DNA of 64,000 nt from an uncultured Alphaproteobacteria bacterium (GCA_934255455.1 CAKQNS010000005.1:1126-65125), one strand, 5' to 3'. Shown: positions 40,123 through 51,562, counted from the stretch's first letter. The notes: generated from the sequence alone by a model not told the origin. Made by a program: numbers and translations.

Positions 40123-41934
40123 TTATGCGCCGGGCAGGCTTGGTATCAATGAAGTGGCCGTCTGACCGGTTGTGGTAATCAAACCGGTCGGCATCAAACC
40201 ACTGGCAGATTCCAGATTGTTTACTGTCACATTGGCACTGTTGATTACTCGTTGGGTTGTGGTGACGATGCCTTTTTGTTTTTTATAATTTGAATACATG
40301 CTGGCCACGGTTTGCGGTTTTATTTTGCCTGCAAACACCGCCATAACATTTTTACCTTGTGTTTTTAAAGAACCTATCAATCCTTTGCCCCCGGCCAGCC
40401 CAACGACCAATCCCGCGCCAACCAATATTTTGCCGTAAAAACTCTGTTTTTCAACCGCTGACCAATTGGCGTAGTTTGCGACATCCTGGCTGTCGGCGAT
40501 GGCATGTTCAATTGCGCGTTGATAAATTTCGGCATCAACCGGAATCAAATTCATCAATCGTGCCAATTCTGAATCCAGCGCACTTAAAACCTGGCCCCCC
40601 ATATCGTCGTAATATTGCACAGCCTCGGTCAAGAACCATCCCAAATTATCTTGGGCACATTGGGCGTTCTTGCATTTTGCGCTTTCAGATAAAAATTCAC
40701 GAATGTTTTGTGTTTTTTTGCTGGTTGCGTTCATATCCACAATGGTTCCGGCGGTCGTCAACGAAGTTCCAACCACAACCAATATGATTGCACTTGCCGA
40801 ACCGCCGGTCGCGACCGAAACCGCGGTCACCGCCATACCAACGCCAATCGTTGTGGCAACATCGGTCACCTTGTCCAATTTTTCGGCTGTGGCCGCACTG
40901 TTCAAAACGCAAGTATCCAATGTTGTGTCCCAACGCGTGCCACCGGTGATTTTTGAACTGATTGCGCTGCATTGTGTTTGTGTCAGCCCATGGCAATTTT
41001 TACCATCAAAAATGCCACCCTGGTCGGCGATGCATTGCAGACCGGCCGTGCCACCACTGGCGGTGATGTTTACCATTTCATTTGCGTCATCGAACACGAA
41101 ATCAATAGGCTGATTATTAGCATAGCATGTCAAAATATCGTCTTTCTTGAATGTATCGATATAATATGTTTGGAACCCGGAATTACATTTGAACGAATTC
41201 ATTGCCACCCCAGATTTTTCCATTTGTGCCGCGGTATACCGACGCAACAAGAATTGCAAATCGGCGCCACTTTGAATTTGCAGATTTACAAATTTTTTAT
41301 TATTGACCCCGAACGCAGTTTTTAATTCGTATGTTTCGGCGTTTTTCGCGCCAAACGAAACCTGGCACCCACGGACACCGTTTGCAATATCAATAAATTT
41401 TGCGGAATATCCAAATTTAGCCAGCGAGTTGTTTATATTTGAACACACCCCCGATGTCGCAACATCGCAAGTATCGCTGCGCGCATCGGGCACCGAGCCA
41501 CCGTGCATTTCACATATTGCGCGCCACACACTGTTGCGAATTTCACTGTCGAAACTTTCTTTGACATCGTCAAATCGAAATTCATAGAAATATTTATTTT
41601 GTTTGTCGGTGCATTTAACATAATCGTCATTCCACGAACGGCGGTAATTTCCACTGCAAATCACATCGTGTTTGTTTTTGATGCGGGCGTATTCCTGGGC
41701 CAGGGCGGTTGCCTGCAACATTTGCACATTTGTTTTTGCAAATGCGTCACGAACACAATACCCACCATTATCGTTTTCACAGACCGCAACAAATTTTATG
41801 TTAGGTGTGCTTTTTGCTTGCTCGGCATATTGTGCCATGGCGTCATAATCATATTTTTCAACGGCGCCCGCCCCATGCGCGCAACACAGCACCAAAATAA
41901 CAAACGATAAAAATTTAATAAATTTTATCTGCAC
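40123..41934 (-). CDS. Secreted cysteine-rich hypothetical protein (about 600 aa) with central hydrophobic Ala/Thr/Gly-rich segment
   Basis: Probable GTG start overlapping the upstream gene's stop. Signal peptide QIKFIKFLSFVILVLCCAHGAGA. Numerous spaced Cys (VCENDNGGYC, CSGNYRRSWNDDYVKC, CEMHGG...C...C). Confidence 0.6.
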   Translation of the reverse strand: MQIKFIKFLSFVILVLCCAHGAGAVEKYDYDAMAQYAEQAKSTPNIKFVAVCENDNGGYCVRDAFAKTNVQMLQATALAQEYARIKNKHDVICSGNYRRSWNDDYVKCTDKQNKYFYEFRFDDVKESFDSEIRNSVWRAICEMHGGSVPDARSDTCDVATSGVCSNINNSLAKFGYSAKFIDIANGVRGCQVSFGAKNAETYELKTAFGVNNKKFVNLQIQSGADLQFLLRRYTAAQMEKSGVAMNSFKCNSGFQTYYIDTFKKDDILTCYANNQPIDFVFDDANEMVNITASGGTAGLQCIADQGGIFDGKNCHGLTQTQCSAISSKITGGTRWDTTLDTCVLNSAATAEKLDKVTDVATTIGVGMAVTAVSVATGGSASAIILVVVGTSLTTAGTIVDMNATSKKTQNIREFLSESAKCKNAQCAQDNLGWFLTEAVQYYDDMGGQVLSALDSELARLMNLIPVDAEIYQRAIEHAIADSQDVANYANWSAVEKQSFYGKILVGAGLVVGLAGGKGLIGSLKTQGKNVMAVFAGKIKPQTVASMYSNYKKQKGIVTTTQRVINSANVTVNNLESASGLMPTGLITTTGQTATSLIPSLPGA

Positions 41935-43013
41935 AGTGCCGAATCCTTGATTTTTATAATATCCGTATCCGATTGCAATGTTTCCGCCGCATCGGCCGCC
42001 GTGACATACTCTTTCAATGTTGCGTCCGACGCCCAATTTGGATTTTCAGATTTTATTTTTTGTGCCAGTTCGCGATTCTTGGCAATATCGGCATTGCATT
42101 CATCAATAACGCGTTGAATCATATCGGTTGTATCAGATTCAATTTGATTGCGTTGTGCCAATAAATCGTCGACTTTATTTTTATTTTTTGAATTTATGGC
42201 CAAATCGGCGGCAATGGTTGTCACGGCACCAACACCCGCGGTTATCGCGCCAGTCTTTAATTTTTTCGCCGTTTCGGATTTTTGTTCCGCAATTTGTTTT
42301 GCGTCGTCACTGGTTTCGTCACTTAACGCGCGCGCCAACGATGCATACGCACCGCCAGTTTTACCAGTTTCCGCATTGTCATATACCCCGGTTTCCGCCG
42401 CATCTATTATCGTTTCTGATTCTATCCCCGGGGCCAGCCCCAATGATTCCTTGCGAACCTTTAAATCCGCCGCCAGTGTTTTATATTCGTTGACCAGTGT
42501 AAATAAATCATTCCCGCCGGGTAATTCAACATCGGTTTGGCCACCGGTAATGTTCATACCCGTGCCATAATCGCATTTGAATGTTGCCAGGTATGTGGCT
42601 ATATCGCGTTGTGCGGCATCATCTGCATTTTGTTCGGCTAATGCCGATGCGGCCATTTGTGTGCCGATGCCGACCGAACCAATACCAGCCGCACCCAATA
42701 ATTTGTTTGCGGTGGATTGTTCCTTGTCACGCATCGCCTGTGCATTGTCGCGCAGTGCCTGGGTGTTTTCATCGGATGCGGTTGCCAATTGTTCCACACG
42801 GGAAAATATTTCCATGCGTTCAGTGTTATCGTCATCCTCGCCCCATCCGGCCTGTTTCAAAATTTCGTATAATTTTGCAACACGACTGTTTGACTGTGTG
42901 GTGGCTTCGGTATCAGATTGGGATAATTTGGCCGCAGTGTCATCAGCCCACGCAAACGAGATTGCTTGCGCACAAAAAACAGCAATCATCAAAATATATT
43001 TTAATGAACGCAT
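41925..43013 (-). CDS. Secreted hypothetical protein (about 360 aa), low-complexity acidic/Ala/Thr-rich
   Basis: Signal peptide MRSLKYILMIAVFCAQAISFAWA. Immediately upstream of, and overlapping, the 40123..41934 gene. Confidence 0.55.
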   Translation of the reverse strand: MRSLKYILMIAVFCAQAISFAWADDTAAKLSQSDTEATTQSNSRVAKLYEILKQAGWGEDDDNTERMEIFSRVEQLATASDENTQALRDNAQAMRDKEQSTANKLLGAAGIGSVGIGTQMAASALAEQNADDAAQRDIATYLATFKCDYGTGMNITGGQTDVELPGGNDLFTLVNEYKTLAADLKVRKESLGLAPGIESETIIDAAETGVYDNAETGKTGGAYASLARALSDETSDDAKQIAEQKSETAKKLKTGAITAGVGAVTTIAADLAINSKNKNKVDDLLAQRNQIESDTTDMIQRVIDECNADIAKNRELAQKIKSENPNWASDATLKEYVTAADAAETLQSDTDIIKIKDSALCR

Positions 43014-43098
43014 TCTCTCGGCATATAACCCTTTATATGCCATATAATATCAAAAAAGCCTTGTTATGCACAAGGCTATTTTTTGTCATGGCGCAGAT

Positions 43099-44235
43099 TT
43101 ATTTTCCGCCGACTGGAATTTGCAATAACTGCTTTGGAAATATCAGATTTGGATTTTCTATATTGTTGCGTTCGGCAATAATGCTGAACAATATTCCGCG
43201 GCGCAGGAAATTGCGTGCAATTACCCACAAACAATCGCCACGGCGCACGGTATAAAATGTGTCGTCGTCGCCGGTCATTTCGGGCATAACAAATGTATGG
43301 CCAATTTGTGCAATGGTGCGGCCATCGCCATCGTGCAGGCGTATGGTCAAAGTGTATTCATCGCCCGGATTTAATTTGCCAACATCGGCGCCCAGCCCAA
43401 AATGTTTGTGATCTGATACGCGTGCAAAGCCCAAATATTTATTGTCCAGTGCCAATGATACGCGCAACCGCGGCAGTGCATCACCGGTCACAACAATACG
43501 TCCAGTATCCAAATAGTCTATTTTTGACACGGTCAAATCGCCATCGGCCAATTGTGATGGTGCCTGCAACAGTGTGCTGCCATCGCGAGTCATCAATAAT
43601 GACACAGAATTTTTATACCCATTTGGCGAAACATATACAAATACATTTTCGTCTGATTTTACCGCCGGTTCCGAGCCCAACAGTGAAATCGTATAATTCC
43701 CCGCCGCCAACGCGTGCGATGGTGAATAAACAAATTCGCCATTTGAATCCGTGCGTTCGGTCGCAACCATTTTGCCATTCATAATAATAGACAGATTTTG
43801 GTGCGCCAACCAGCGACCTGCTATAATAATATTGCCCGCGGGTTCAATGCGGACAATATCAAATGTTGGAATTTCGACCTGGGCAACCGGTTGAACAACG
43901 GGCTCGGGTACGGTTGGAACAACAACGACCGTGCGTGGTGTGGTTGTGTGAATAAACGCCGCCCAAATTGCCACGAATATTACAAACAATGCACACAATA
44001 TTGGGAACCAATAAGCACGCAGGCCAGTGCGTGCCTGGCGGGAAATGTTTGTGGTGGTGGAAACCGATTTTTCCGACGGGCGGGCAAATATATTTAATGT
44101 TTTCAGAAACCGTCTGGCAAAAGCACGGCGATTTTCCATCCAAGAATTCTGGCTGGCAATTGCATCGTCTATCAAATCATCGGTGGAACGTTTGGTTTTT
44201 CCCATATTTGCGGATTTTTGTGTCTGTTTTGCCAT
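43099..44235 (-). CDS. LysM peptidoglycan-binding domain protein with N-terminal TM
   Basis: C-terminal LysM YTVRRGDCLWVIARNF...QIPVGG; TM LRAYWFPILCALFVIFVAIWAAF. Confidence 0.7.
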   Translation of the reverse strand: MAKQTQKSANMGKTKRSTDDLIDDAIASQNSWMENRRAFARRFLKTLNIFARPSEKSVSTTTNISRQARTGLRAYWFPILCALFVIFVAIWAAFIHTTTPRTVVVVPTVPEPVVQPVAQVEIPTFDIVRIEPAGNIIIAGRWLAHQNLSIIMNGKMVATERTDSNGEFVYSPSHALAAGNYTISLLGSEPAVKSDENVFVYVSPNGYKNSVSLLMTRDGSTLLQAPSQLADGDLTVSKIDYLDTGRIVVTGDALPRLRVSLALDNKYLGFARVSDHKHFGLGADVGKLNPGDEYTLTIRLHDGDGRTIAQIGHTFVMPEMTGDDDTFYTVRRGDCLWVIARNFLRRGILFSIIAERNNIENPNLIFPKQLLQIPVGGK

Positions 44236-44347
44236 AATTGAACTCCTGCGGATAATATTCTGTCAAACTTTGGACAAATTATTGCAAATAATCTTTCTTT
44301 GTCAACTTAAATGTGATATAATTTGCCCAAATCGAGCAGGGGGGAAT

Positions 44348-45427
44348 ATGAAAAAAATAGGTATTATGACGACCGGTGGTGATTGTTCCGGTTTGAATAC
44401 GGTAATTCAACGCATTGTCCGTGGTGCAACATTACGCGGATGGCAGGTTGTTGGGATTTTGGACGGTACTGATGGTCTGTGCACCACACCCCCGCGCGTG
44501 ATAAAAATGGATACGGATACTTTGCCAATTGAAAATGCGCGCCTGTCGGGCAGTTTTCTGCACAACGGTCACGCCGGTGCAATGAATTTTGAAACCGCGG
44601 CCACAGATGGCGACTTGGCGAAATTTAATCGGAAATTGCGCAAATCATTGCAGGAATTGGAACTGGATGCATTGATATTGATTGGTGGTAATGGCAGTTT
44701 GTCGTTGGCGTGGTGCAATCGTGAGATATATGCTGATTTACAATTGATATGTATTCCAAAAACGATTGATATGGACATTCCAATGACCGACCGAACAATT
44801 GGATTTGATACCGCGGTGGCGCAATTGACATCGTTTTGTGACCAATTGATGTTGACCGCGCGCAGTCATCATCGTTGGTTCGTTGTGCAATCTATGGGGC
44901 GCGATTGTGGCGCACTGGCATTGAATGCGGGGATTGCCTGTGGGGCCGATGTCATATTGATTCCAGAAATAAAATTTGATTTGGATGCGGTTGTCGCGCA
45001 CATTAAAAACGCCGCCACCGATTATGGCATTATTTTGGTTGCCGAAGGCGTGCACCTGCGCGGTCATTCGGGGCGGCCGGCGGATATTATATCGCGTAAA
45101 TTAAACGCCGCGGGCATTGTGAACCGCACCGCATTCCCCGAACATACACAACGCACGGGTGACACCACCGCCACAGACCGCATTTTGGGTGTGCGTATGG
45201 CCGATGTTGCATTGCACGCGATTGAAAACGGTGAAACATACGTTATGACCGCAATAAACGGTGGCGATGTCACCACAATCAGCCTGGCCGATTTCTTTGA
45301 TGCCGGTGACATATCCGACGACCCAAAGATTCCAGGGTTAAAGACATCAGACGCATTTGTTTCGCCCGATGACCCGTTGTTGGATGTTGCCCACCACATG
45401 GGAATCTATATTGGCGAAGTAAAATAA
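44348..45427 (+). CDS. pfk: 6-phosphofructokinase (PFK-A family)
   Basis: IGIMTTGGDCSGLN, LILIGGNGSLS, CIPKTIDMDIPMTDRTIGFDTA motifs. Confidence 0.8.
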   Translation: MKKIGIMTTGGDCSGLNTVIQRIVRGATLRGWQVVGILDGTDGLCTTPPRVIKMDTDTLPIENARLSGSFLHNGHAGAMNFETAATDGDLAKFNRKLRKSLQELELDALILIGGNGSLSLAWCNREIYADLQLICIPKTIDMDIPMTDRTIGFDTAVAQLTSFCDQLMLTARSHHRWFVVQSMGRDCGALALNAGIACGADVILIPEIKFDLDAVVAHIKNAATDYGIILVAEGVHLRGHSGRPADIISRKLNAAGIVNRTAFPEHTQRTGDTTATDRILGVRMADVALHAIENGETYVMTAINGGDVTTISLADFFDAGDISDDPKIPGLKTSDAFVSPDDPLLDVAHHMGIYIGEVK

Positions 45428-45454
45428 AAAACGGGGTTTCCCCGTTTTTATTTT

Positions 45455-45545
45455 AGTGAGCAAGTGATAAAGTGATAGAGTGATATAGTTTGTTTGTGCA
45501 TATATTTGAACTTTGCACTTTGAACTCTGAACTTTGAAAAAACGG
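45455..45545. repeat. Intergenic heptamer repeats: AGTGATA-type (45459..45490), then four TTGAACT-type repeats, before the dnaK terminator
   Basis: agtgagcaagtgataaagtgatagagtgatatag, then tttgaactttgcactttgaactctgaactttgaa, then hairpin aaaacggggcatttgccccgtttttt (45527..45556). Confidence 0.65.
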
Positions 45546-45562
45546 GGCATTTGCCCCGTTTT

Positions 45563-47455
45563 TTATTTCTTTTCAGAAAAGTCTGCGTCACGCGTACCAT
45601 CTTCGTTTGGCTTGTTGTCGCCAGATTCAGATTTTTGCGCTTCTTGGGCGGCCTTGTAAACCGCTTCGCCCAACTTCATTGATTTTTCCATCAATGCATC
45701 GGTCTTTTCTTTCAGCGATTCCGCGGTCGCGTCCGATTTTGCCAATTCGTCCGACAATGCTTGTTTTGCATCTTCGATGGCTTTCTTTTCGTCGGCACTG
45801 ATTTTATCACCGTGTTCTTTCAGTGATTTTTCAATGCTGAACACCGCGGCTTCGGCGTTATTTTTTGCCTCGGCCAGGGCGCGTTTCTGTTTGTCAGATT
45901 CTGCATTTGCCGCCGCTTCGTCAACCATTTTCTGGATGTCTTCTTCGGACAGACCACCATCAGATTTAATTGAAATGGTCTGTTCTTTGCCGGTGCCTTT
46001 ATCCTTGGCCGACACATGAACGATACCGTTGGCGTCAATATCAAATGATACCTCGATTTGCGGCATGCCACGCGGCGCCGGGGCGATACCTTCCAAATTA
46101 AATTGTCCCAGCAATTTGTTATCAGCGGCCATATCGCGTTCACCCTGGAACACGCGGATTGTCACGGCCGACTGGTTGTCTTCGGCGGTACTGAACACCT
46201 GGGATTTCTTGGTCGGAATTGTTGTGTTGCGGTCAATCAAACGCGTGAACACTCCACCCAATGTTTCAATACCCAACGACAGTGGTGTCACATCCAACAA
46301 CAAAACATCTTTGACATCGCCTTTCAGAACGCCACCCTGAATCGCCGCACCCAATGCAACGACTTCGTCCGGGTTTACGCCCTTGTGCGGTTCGCGGCCA
46401 AAGAATTCTTTGACTGTTTCAACAACCTTGGGCATACGGGTTTGACCGCCAACCAAGATAACTTCGTTGATTTGCGATTTTTCCAATCCGGCATCCTTTA
46501 ATGCCTTTTTGCATGGTTCAATTGTTTTTTGAATCAGGTCGTCAACCAACGATTCCAATTTTGCACGTGTCAATGTTGTGTTAAAGTGCTTTGGCCCCGT
46601 CGCATCCGCCGTCAGATACGGCAAGTTGATGTCCGCCTGCATTTTCGACGACAATTCAATCTTGGCCTTTTCGGCGGCTTCTTTTAACCGCTGCAGCGCC
46701 AATTTATCGCCCGACAGGTCAATGCCAGATTGTGCCTTGAATTCATCAATCAAATACTTCAATACGCGCGCATCAAAATCGGAACCACCCAATGCGGTAT
46801 CACCGTTTGTGGATTTAACCTCGAACACACCATCGACAATTTCCAGGATGGAAATATCAAATGTACCACCGCCCAAATCGTATACGGCAATTGTGCCATT
46901 TTTGTCTTTTTCCAAACCGTATGCCAATGCGGCCGCGGTCGGTTCGTTTACAATACGCAACACATTCAGACCCGCGATACGTCCCGCGTCCTTGGTTGCC
47001 TGACGTTGTGAATCGTTAAAGTATGCCGGCACGGTAATAACCGCATCTGATACGGTTTCGCCCAAGTATGCCTCGGCATCTTTCTTCAATTTTGCCAAAA
47101 TCATGGCCGAAATTTGGGACGGAGCATATTTTTTGCCATCAATTTCAACCCAAGCGTCGCCATTGTCACCACGAACAATTTTATATGGCACGCGCGCGGC
47201 AATTTCTTTGACCGCCGGGCTGTCAAAACGCAAGCCCATCAAACGTTTGATTTCATAAATTGTATTTTCTGGATTGGTAATAGCCTGGTTTTTCGCCGTG
47301 ATGCCGACCAATTGTTCGCCGCCCGATGTGATTGCAACAACCGATGGGGTTGTGCGTCCGCCCTCGGAATTTTCAATAATTTTTGGGTCATTACCGTCCA
47401 TGAATGCCATGGCGGAATTTGTTGTTCCCAAATCGATACCTAAAACTTTTGCCAT
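45563..47455 (-). CDS. dnaK: Chaperone DnaK (Hsp70)
   Basis: [44 protein letters not shown] motifs. The 20 codons upstream of this Met in the track ORF are not part of it. Confidence 0.95.
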   Translation of the reverse strand: MAKVLGIDLGTTNSAMAFMDGNDPKIIENSEGGRTTPSVVAITSGGEQLVGITAKNQAITNPENTIYEIKRLMGLRFDSPAVKEIAARVPYKIVRGDNGDAWVEIDGKKYAPSQISAMILAKLKKDAEAYLGETVSDAVITVPAYFNDSQRQATKDAGRIAGLNVLRIVNEPTAAALAYGLEKDKNGTIAVYDLGGGTFDISILEIVDGVFEVKSTNGDTALGGSDFDARVLKYLIDEFKAQSGIDLSGDKLALQRLKEAAEKAKIELSSKMQADINLPYLTADATGPKHFNTTLTRAKLESLVDDLIQKTIEPCKKALKDAGLEKSQINEVILVGGQTRMPKVVETVKEFFGREPHKGVNPDEVVALGAAIQGGVLKGDVKDVLLLDVTPLSLGIETLGGVFTRLIDRNTTIPTKKSQVFSTAEDNQSAVTIRVFQGERDMAADNKLLGQFNLEGIAPAPRGMPQIEVSFDIDANGIVHVSAKDKGTGKEQTISIKSDGGLSEEDIQKMVDEAAANAESDKQKRALAEAKNNAEAAVFSIEKSLKEHGDKISADEKKAIEDAKQALSDELAKSDATAESLKEKTDALMEKSMKLGEAVYKAAQEAQKSESGDNKPNEDGTRDADFSEKK

Positions 47456-47583
47456 TTTTTTCACTCCTTGAATTTTCTTATGCCCATCATATAGTGACAT
47501 GAATTCGCATTTCAAGACCACAGGAAAAAAATAATACAAAAAAAGCCGCCCAAATTTGGGCGGCCATATTCGAAATAAAATTA

Positions 47584-48225
47584 TTATTTCTTGGCTGGTG
47601 TCGCAGCGGCGGCAGCAGGTGCCGCAGTTGCGGCGGCCGCGGCCTTTGGCGCATCGGCTTCATCTGGCATTTTACCACCGATTGTGGCGAACGCCAATTC
47701 CGCCTGGTGCAGACCCAATTCAACACCGTCTGGCAAAACCAAATCTGTTCCGTGAACCACATCACCAATTGTGACATTGGTCAAATCGATAACGATTTTT
47801 TCAGGAATCGAATGAATTGAACCGCGCAATGCAACCTTACGCACTGCAAAGTTCAAAACACCACCCAATTTTAAACCCTTGGATGTTTCAGCGTTAATAA
47901 CCTCGACCGGAACAACAACATTTACAGGTTTGTTTACATCAATGCGTTTGAAATCAACATGGATAACCGCATCCGATACTGGATGATATTGAATATCCAT
48001 CAACATGGCGTCTTCTTTGCCGTTTGCTGTATCGATTTCGAACAATTTTGTCCGCAAACCCGGCTTTTTAATCAGTAATTCAAAACCATTACCGTCCAGT
48101 TCAATTGCAACTGGGGCTTTCTTTTCGCCATAAATAACAGCGGGGATTTTTTTGTTTTTGCGGATGCTGCGTGCGGCCCCCTTGCCAGCAACGTTGCGAA
48201 TCTCTGCGTTTAATTTAATTGCCAT
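47584..48225 (-). CDS. rplY: 50S ribosomal protein L25 / general stress protein Ctc
   Basis: [33 protein letters not shown]...; two-domain Ctc form. Confidence 0.85.
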   Translation of the reverse strand: MAIKLNAEIRNVAGKGAARSIRKNKKIPAVIYGEKKAPVAIELDGNGFELLIKKPGLRTKLFEIDTANGKEDAMLMDIQYHPVSDAVIHVDFKRIDVNKPVNVVVPVEVINAETSKGLKLGGVLNFAVRKVALRGSIHSIPEKIVIDLTNVTIGDVVHGTDLVLPDGVELGLHQAELAFATIGGKMPDEADAPKAAAAATAAPAAAAATPAKK

Positions 48226-48323
48226 TTTTTATCCTTTTAATAGCGTTTGTTTAACTGTGCGCGACCTCCAAGGGTGCCGTGCGGGGCATATTATTTATCA
48301 AAATGTTCGAAAAATCAAGGTTT

Positions 48324-48887
48324 TTATTGCGCACGTCGCCGCAAAATTAAAAACCGAGCCCGTCCGTATGTTTTGTCGCGCAATATTTCCCACGATTCCG
48401 CGTCTGGTGCCATAAATTTATCGGCATCTTGTTCCCAGACCAATATTGTGCCCGCACGCGCGGACGCGGCCGCACGTCGAACAAACCGGGCGCCGGTTTC
48501 GGCAAATTCGTATGGTGGGTCAACAAATATTAAATCTGATTTTTTTGCGAATTGGTCAATGCGGGTCATGGCGTCCGCCATAACAACCGTTGCACGGGCC
48601 CCAACATTTAATGGCGCGATATTTGCGTTTACGGTTTTAATAGACTGGGCGGCGTTGTCTGTAAATATAACATTTGCCGTTACCACACGTGACAGGTATT
48701 CAATGCCGAATTCGCCGCTGCCGGCAAAGGCGTCCCATACAGTCAGATTTGCGGGCGCGCCCACAATTTCACCCAGCATATTAAACAGCGCAATGCGTGC
48801 GCGATTCTGGGTTGGACGGGCGCCGCCGGGCAGATGCAGTTTTCGCCCACGAAACATTCCCGAAATAATTTGCAATTTTGAATCCAT
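48324..48887 (-). CDS. rsmD: 16S rRNA (guanine966-N2)-methyltransferase RsmD-like
   Basis: LQIISGMFRGRKL, DAFAGSG, DLIFVDPPY motifs. Confidence 0.7.
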   Translation of the reverse strand: MDSKLQIISGMFRGRKLHLPGGARPTQNRARIALFNMLGEIVGAPANLTVWDAFAGSGEFGIEYLSRVVTANVIFTDNAAQSIKTVNANIAPLNVGARATVVMADAMTRIDQFAKKSDLIFVDPPYEFAETGARFVRRAAASARAGTILVWEQDADKFMAPDAESWEILRDKTYGRARFLILRRRAQ

Positions 48888-49363
48888 ACGGTAAAGTGTA
48901 CCACATGAACCCGATGCAGCAAGCGTTAAATTTGGCAATTCGCGCAAAATCGCACGACGATGTTCCAATTGGTGCGGTGATTGTGCGTGATGGGCGCGTC
49001 ATTGCCCGCGGTGAAAATCGTGTACAGCAAAAACACAATCCAACATTGCATGCCGAAATAGTCGCTATAAACAGCGCTTGTAAAAAACTGGGGGTAAAAT
49101 TCCTGGACGATTGTGATATTTATGTGTCGTTGGAACCATGCGCAATGTGTGCAACAGCAATATCGTTTGCACGCATTCGGGCGGTTTATTTTGCGGCCCC
49201 AGACCCCAAGGGCGGTGGTATTACCGCAAATGCGCGTGTATATGAAACCGACCGCCATTTGTGGAAACCGGCAACGCACCAAATGCCAGAATATGCCGAC
49301 GCATCGGCCAAATTGTTGCGTGAATTCTTTGCCGCGCGTCGTACGAAAAAATCAATCGATTAA
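48878..49363 (+). CDS. tadA: tRNA-specific adenosine deaminase
   Basis: CDA zinc motifs HAEIVAI and SLEPCAMCATAI. Start uncertain; ATG at 48905 is an alternative. Confidence 0.8.
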   Translation: MNPYGKVYHMNPMQQALNLAIRAKSHDDVPIGAVIVRDGRVIARGENRVQQKHNPTLHAEIVAINSACKKLGVKFLDDCDIYVSLEPCAMCATAISFARIRAVYFAAPDPKGGGITANARVYETDRHLWKPATHQMPEYADASAKLLREFFAARRTKKSID

Positions 49364-50827
49364 ACTGTGACCGGTCATATCAGATGGCTGGGGCACATTT
49401 AACAATTTCAGTATTGTTGGGGCAATATCGGCCAAGCCGCCGTCGTGCACATTCCAATGCGTGTCTGATACAACTATGAAATTCACCGGATTAGTGGTGT
49501 GTGCAGTCCATGGCATATTGTTGGCATCATCCCACATTTTTTCAGCATTACCGTGGTCGGCCGTAATTAAAACCGTGCCGCCCAGCGCCAGTGTTGCCGG
49601 AACCAAACGCGCTAATTGCGTGTCCAAAAATTGCATAGCCTGGATTGCGGCGACCTCATTACCAGTGTGGCCAACCATATCACCATTGGCATAATTCAAA
49701 ATTACCACATCATAATTTGGTAAATTAGCCAATAATTCATCGGTAATTTTTTCTGCCGACATTTCCGGCGCCATATCAAATGTGGCAACGGCCGGCGACG
49801 GAACCAAAATTTTGTTTTCATCATTAAAATCGACATTTCTTTCCGCATCAAAGAAATATGTCACATGATTGTACTTTTCTGTTTCAGCAATTCGCAATTG
49901 GCGCAAATGATGCGCCGCCAAAATATCACCCAGGGTATTTTTTACAGGCACATCAGGCAACAGGGCGGGGCAGGATTCGTCCAGTCCTTCGCCATATTGG
50001 GAAAAGCACAACATACGAACGCCAGTTGCCAATATTGCACGAACAATTTGGCGGGCGCGGTCGCTGCGATAGTTTCCAAACAAGAACCCATCGTTCGGTG
50101 CAATTGGGGCATCGCCGTTTATGACGGTTGGGCGGATAAATTCATCGGTTTCACCGCGGTTGTACGCCATTTGCAACGCGTCGTCAATTGTGGCGGCGGT
50201 AATCGGACTATATGCACGGGCAATTGCGTTAAACGCCAATTCTGTGCGGTCCATATTGTGATTGCGGTCCATCGTGTAATACCGCCCCGACAGTGTGCCC
50301 CAAAACGCCTGGCCTGTGGCCAAATATTCGGACAACTTGCTCTTTATCAATTGTATATATACACCGGCCGATTTCGGTGGTGTGTCACGCCCATCGGCAA
50401 TAAAGTGAATGCATACACGCAAACCAGCACGTAACACATGCAATGCAATGGTCATCATATCGTTTATATCGGCGTGAACGCGTCCATCGGACATTAAACC
50501 AGCCAAATGCACCGTGCCGCCGCTGCGTTGTACATCATATATAAAATCGCGCAAGGGGATGTTTTTATTCCAATTTTCTAATTGGAATCGACGCAAAAAT
50601 TGATTCACCACACGGCCAGCCCCTATGGTGATGTGCCCAACCTCGGAATTACCCATGGTGTCAACCGGCAACCCCACGGCCGTCCCGCTGGCGTCCAATA
50701 CCGAGTGGGGATATTTTTCCAACAACCCGTTAAAATAAGGAATGTGTGCCAGTCTAACCGCGTTATGTGCGTTGTTCTTATTTATGCCTACACCATCCAT
50801 AATACATAAAACAATTGGTTTTGTCAT
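49352..50827 (-). CDS. gpmI: 2,3-bisphosphoglycerate-independent phosphoglycerate mutase
   Basis: MTKPIVLCIMDGVGI...; metal-binding and catalytic Ser region (SEVGHITIGAGR); iPGM length. Confidence 0.9.
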   Translation of the reverse strand: MTKPIVLCIMDGVGINKNNAHNAVRLAHIPYFNGLLEKYPHSVLDASGTAVGLPVDTMGNSEVGHITIGAGRVVNQFLRRFQLENWNKNIPLRDFIYDVQRSGGTVHLAGLMSDGRVHADINDMMTIALHVLRAGLRVCIHFIADGRDTPPKSAGVYIQLIKSKLSEYLATGQAFWGTLSGRYYTMDRNHNMDRTELAFNAIARAYSPITAATIDDALQMAYNRGETDEFIRPTVINGDAPIAPNDGFLFGNYRSDRARQIVRAILATGVRMLCFSQYGEGLDESCPALLPDVPVKNTLGDILAAHHLRQLRIAETEKYNHVTYFFDAERNVDFNDENKILVPSPAVATFDMAPEMSAEKITDELLANLPNYDVVILNYANGDMVGHTGNEVAAIQAMQFLDTQLARLVPATLALGGTVLITADHGNAEKMWDDANNMPWTAHTTNPVNFIVVSDTHWNVHDGGLADIAPTILKLLNVPQPSDMTGHSLID

Positions 50828-50935
50828 ATTTCTGTTCCTGCCTTTGGCAAAAAATATCACAACCGTTTTTTGATTGCAAAAGAAAAAGAAAAATTGTATA
50901 AATTATCCTAGGAAATATGCCATAAGGGAGAAACT

Positions 50936-51352
50936 ATGAGCGGACGACCTTTTACACCGACATCGGTTGATCAACACATCGGACAACGCGTGCAATTACG
51001 ACGTATTATGATGGGACTGTCACAGAAAGATTTGGCGCAAACCTGTGGTGTCACATTTCAACAGATTCAAAAATACGAAACAGCGGGAAATCGTATATCG
51101 GCGTCACGTTTGTTTGATTTAAGTGTTGCATTGAATACACCGGTATCATTTTTCTTTCAGGGATTACCTGGCAACACCCCAGTTGAAATTCGTGGTGGTA
51201 AATCAACTGGTCGCGTGGCCGAATCACATCTGGATGACCCATTGGCAAAAAACGAATCTTTATCACTGATAAACCTGTATTGGAAATTGCCAGACGACAG
51301 CCAACGCAAAATGGTTATGAAAATGTTGCGTACATTAAACGGTATGGAATAG
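50936..51352 (+). CDS. XRE-family HTH transcriptional regulator
   Basis: HTH IGQRVQLRRIMMGLSQKDLAQTCGVTFQQIQKYETAGNRISASRLFDLSVAL. Confidence 0.7.
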   Translation: MSGRPFTPTSVDQHIGQRVQLRRIMMGLSQKDLAQTCGVTFQQIQKYETAGNRISASRLFDLSVALNTPVSFFFQGLPGNTPVEIRGGKSTGRVAESHLDDPLAKNESLSLINLYWKLPDDSQRKMVMKMLRTLNGME

Positions 51353-51384
51353 GGATAGGACACAGATAATAGAGCATATATAAA

Positions 51385-51560
51385 AGATAATGCGCCGATG
51401 GCGCATTTTTTAATTCCTCTCCCATCGGAGGGGTGTCGCACGCAAGTGCGACAGGGAGAGTTTTATTTAGAGAGCAATGTTGCGCGCCAATGGCGCGTTA
51501 TATATTCTCTATGCTCTGTTATCTATGCGATAAAAAATCCCCGCACGGGGCGGGGAGTAG
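51385..51560. repeat. Cluster of four GC-rich hairpins flanked by an inverted AGATAATAGAGCATATATA repeat
   Basis: aatgcgccgatggcgcatttttt; cctctcccatcggagggg; gtgtcgcacgcaagtgcgacag; gcgcgccaatggcgcg; ccccgcacggggcgggg. Flanks 51366..51384 and 51500..51528 are inverted copies. Confidence 0.65.
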
Positions 51561-51562
51561 TT

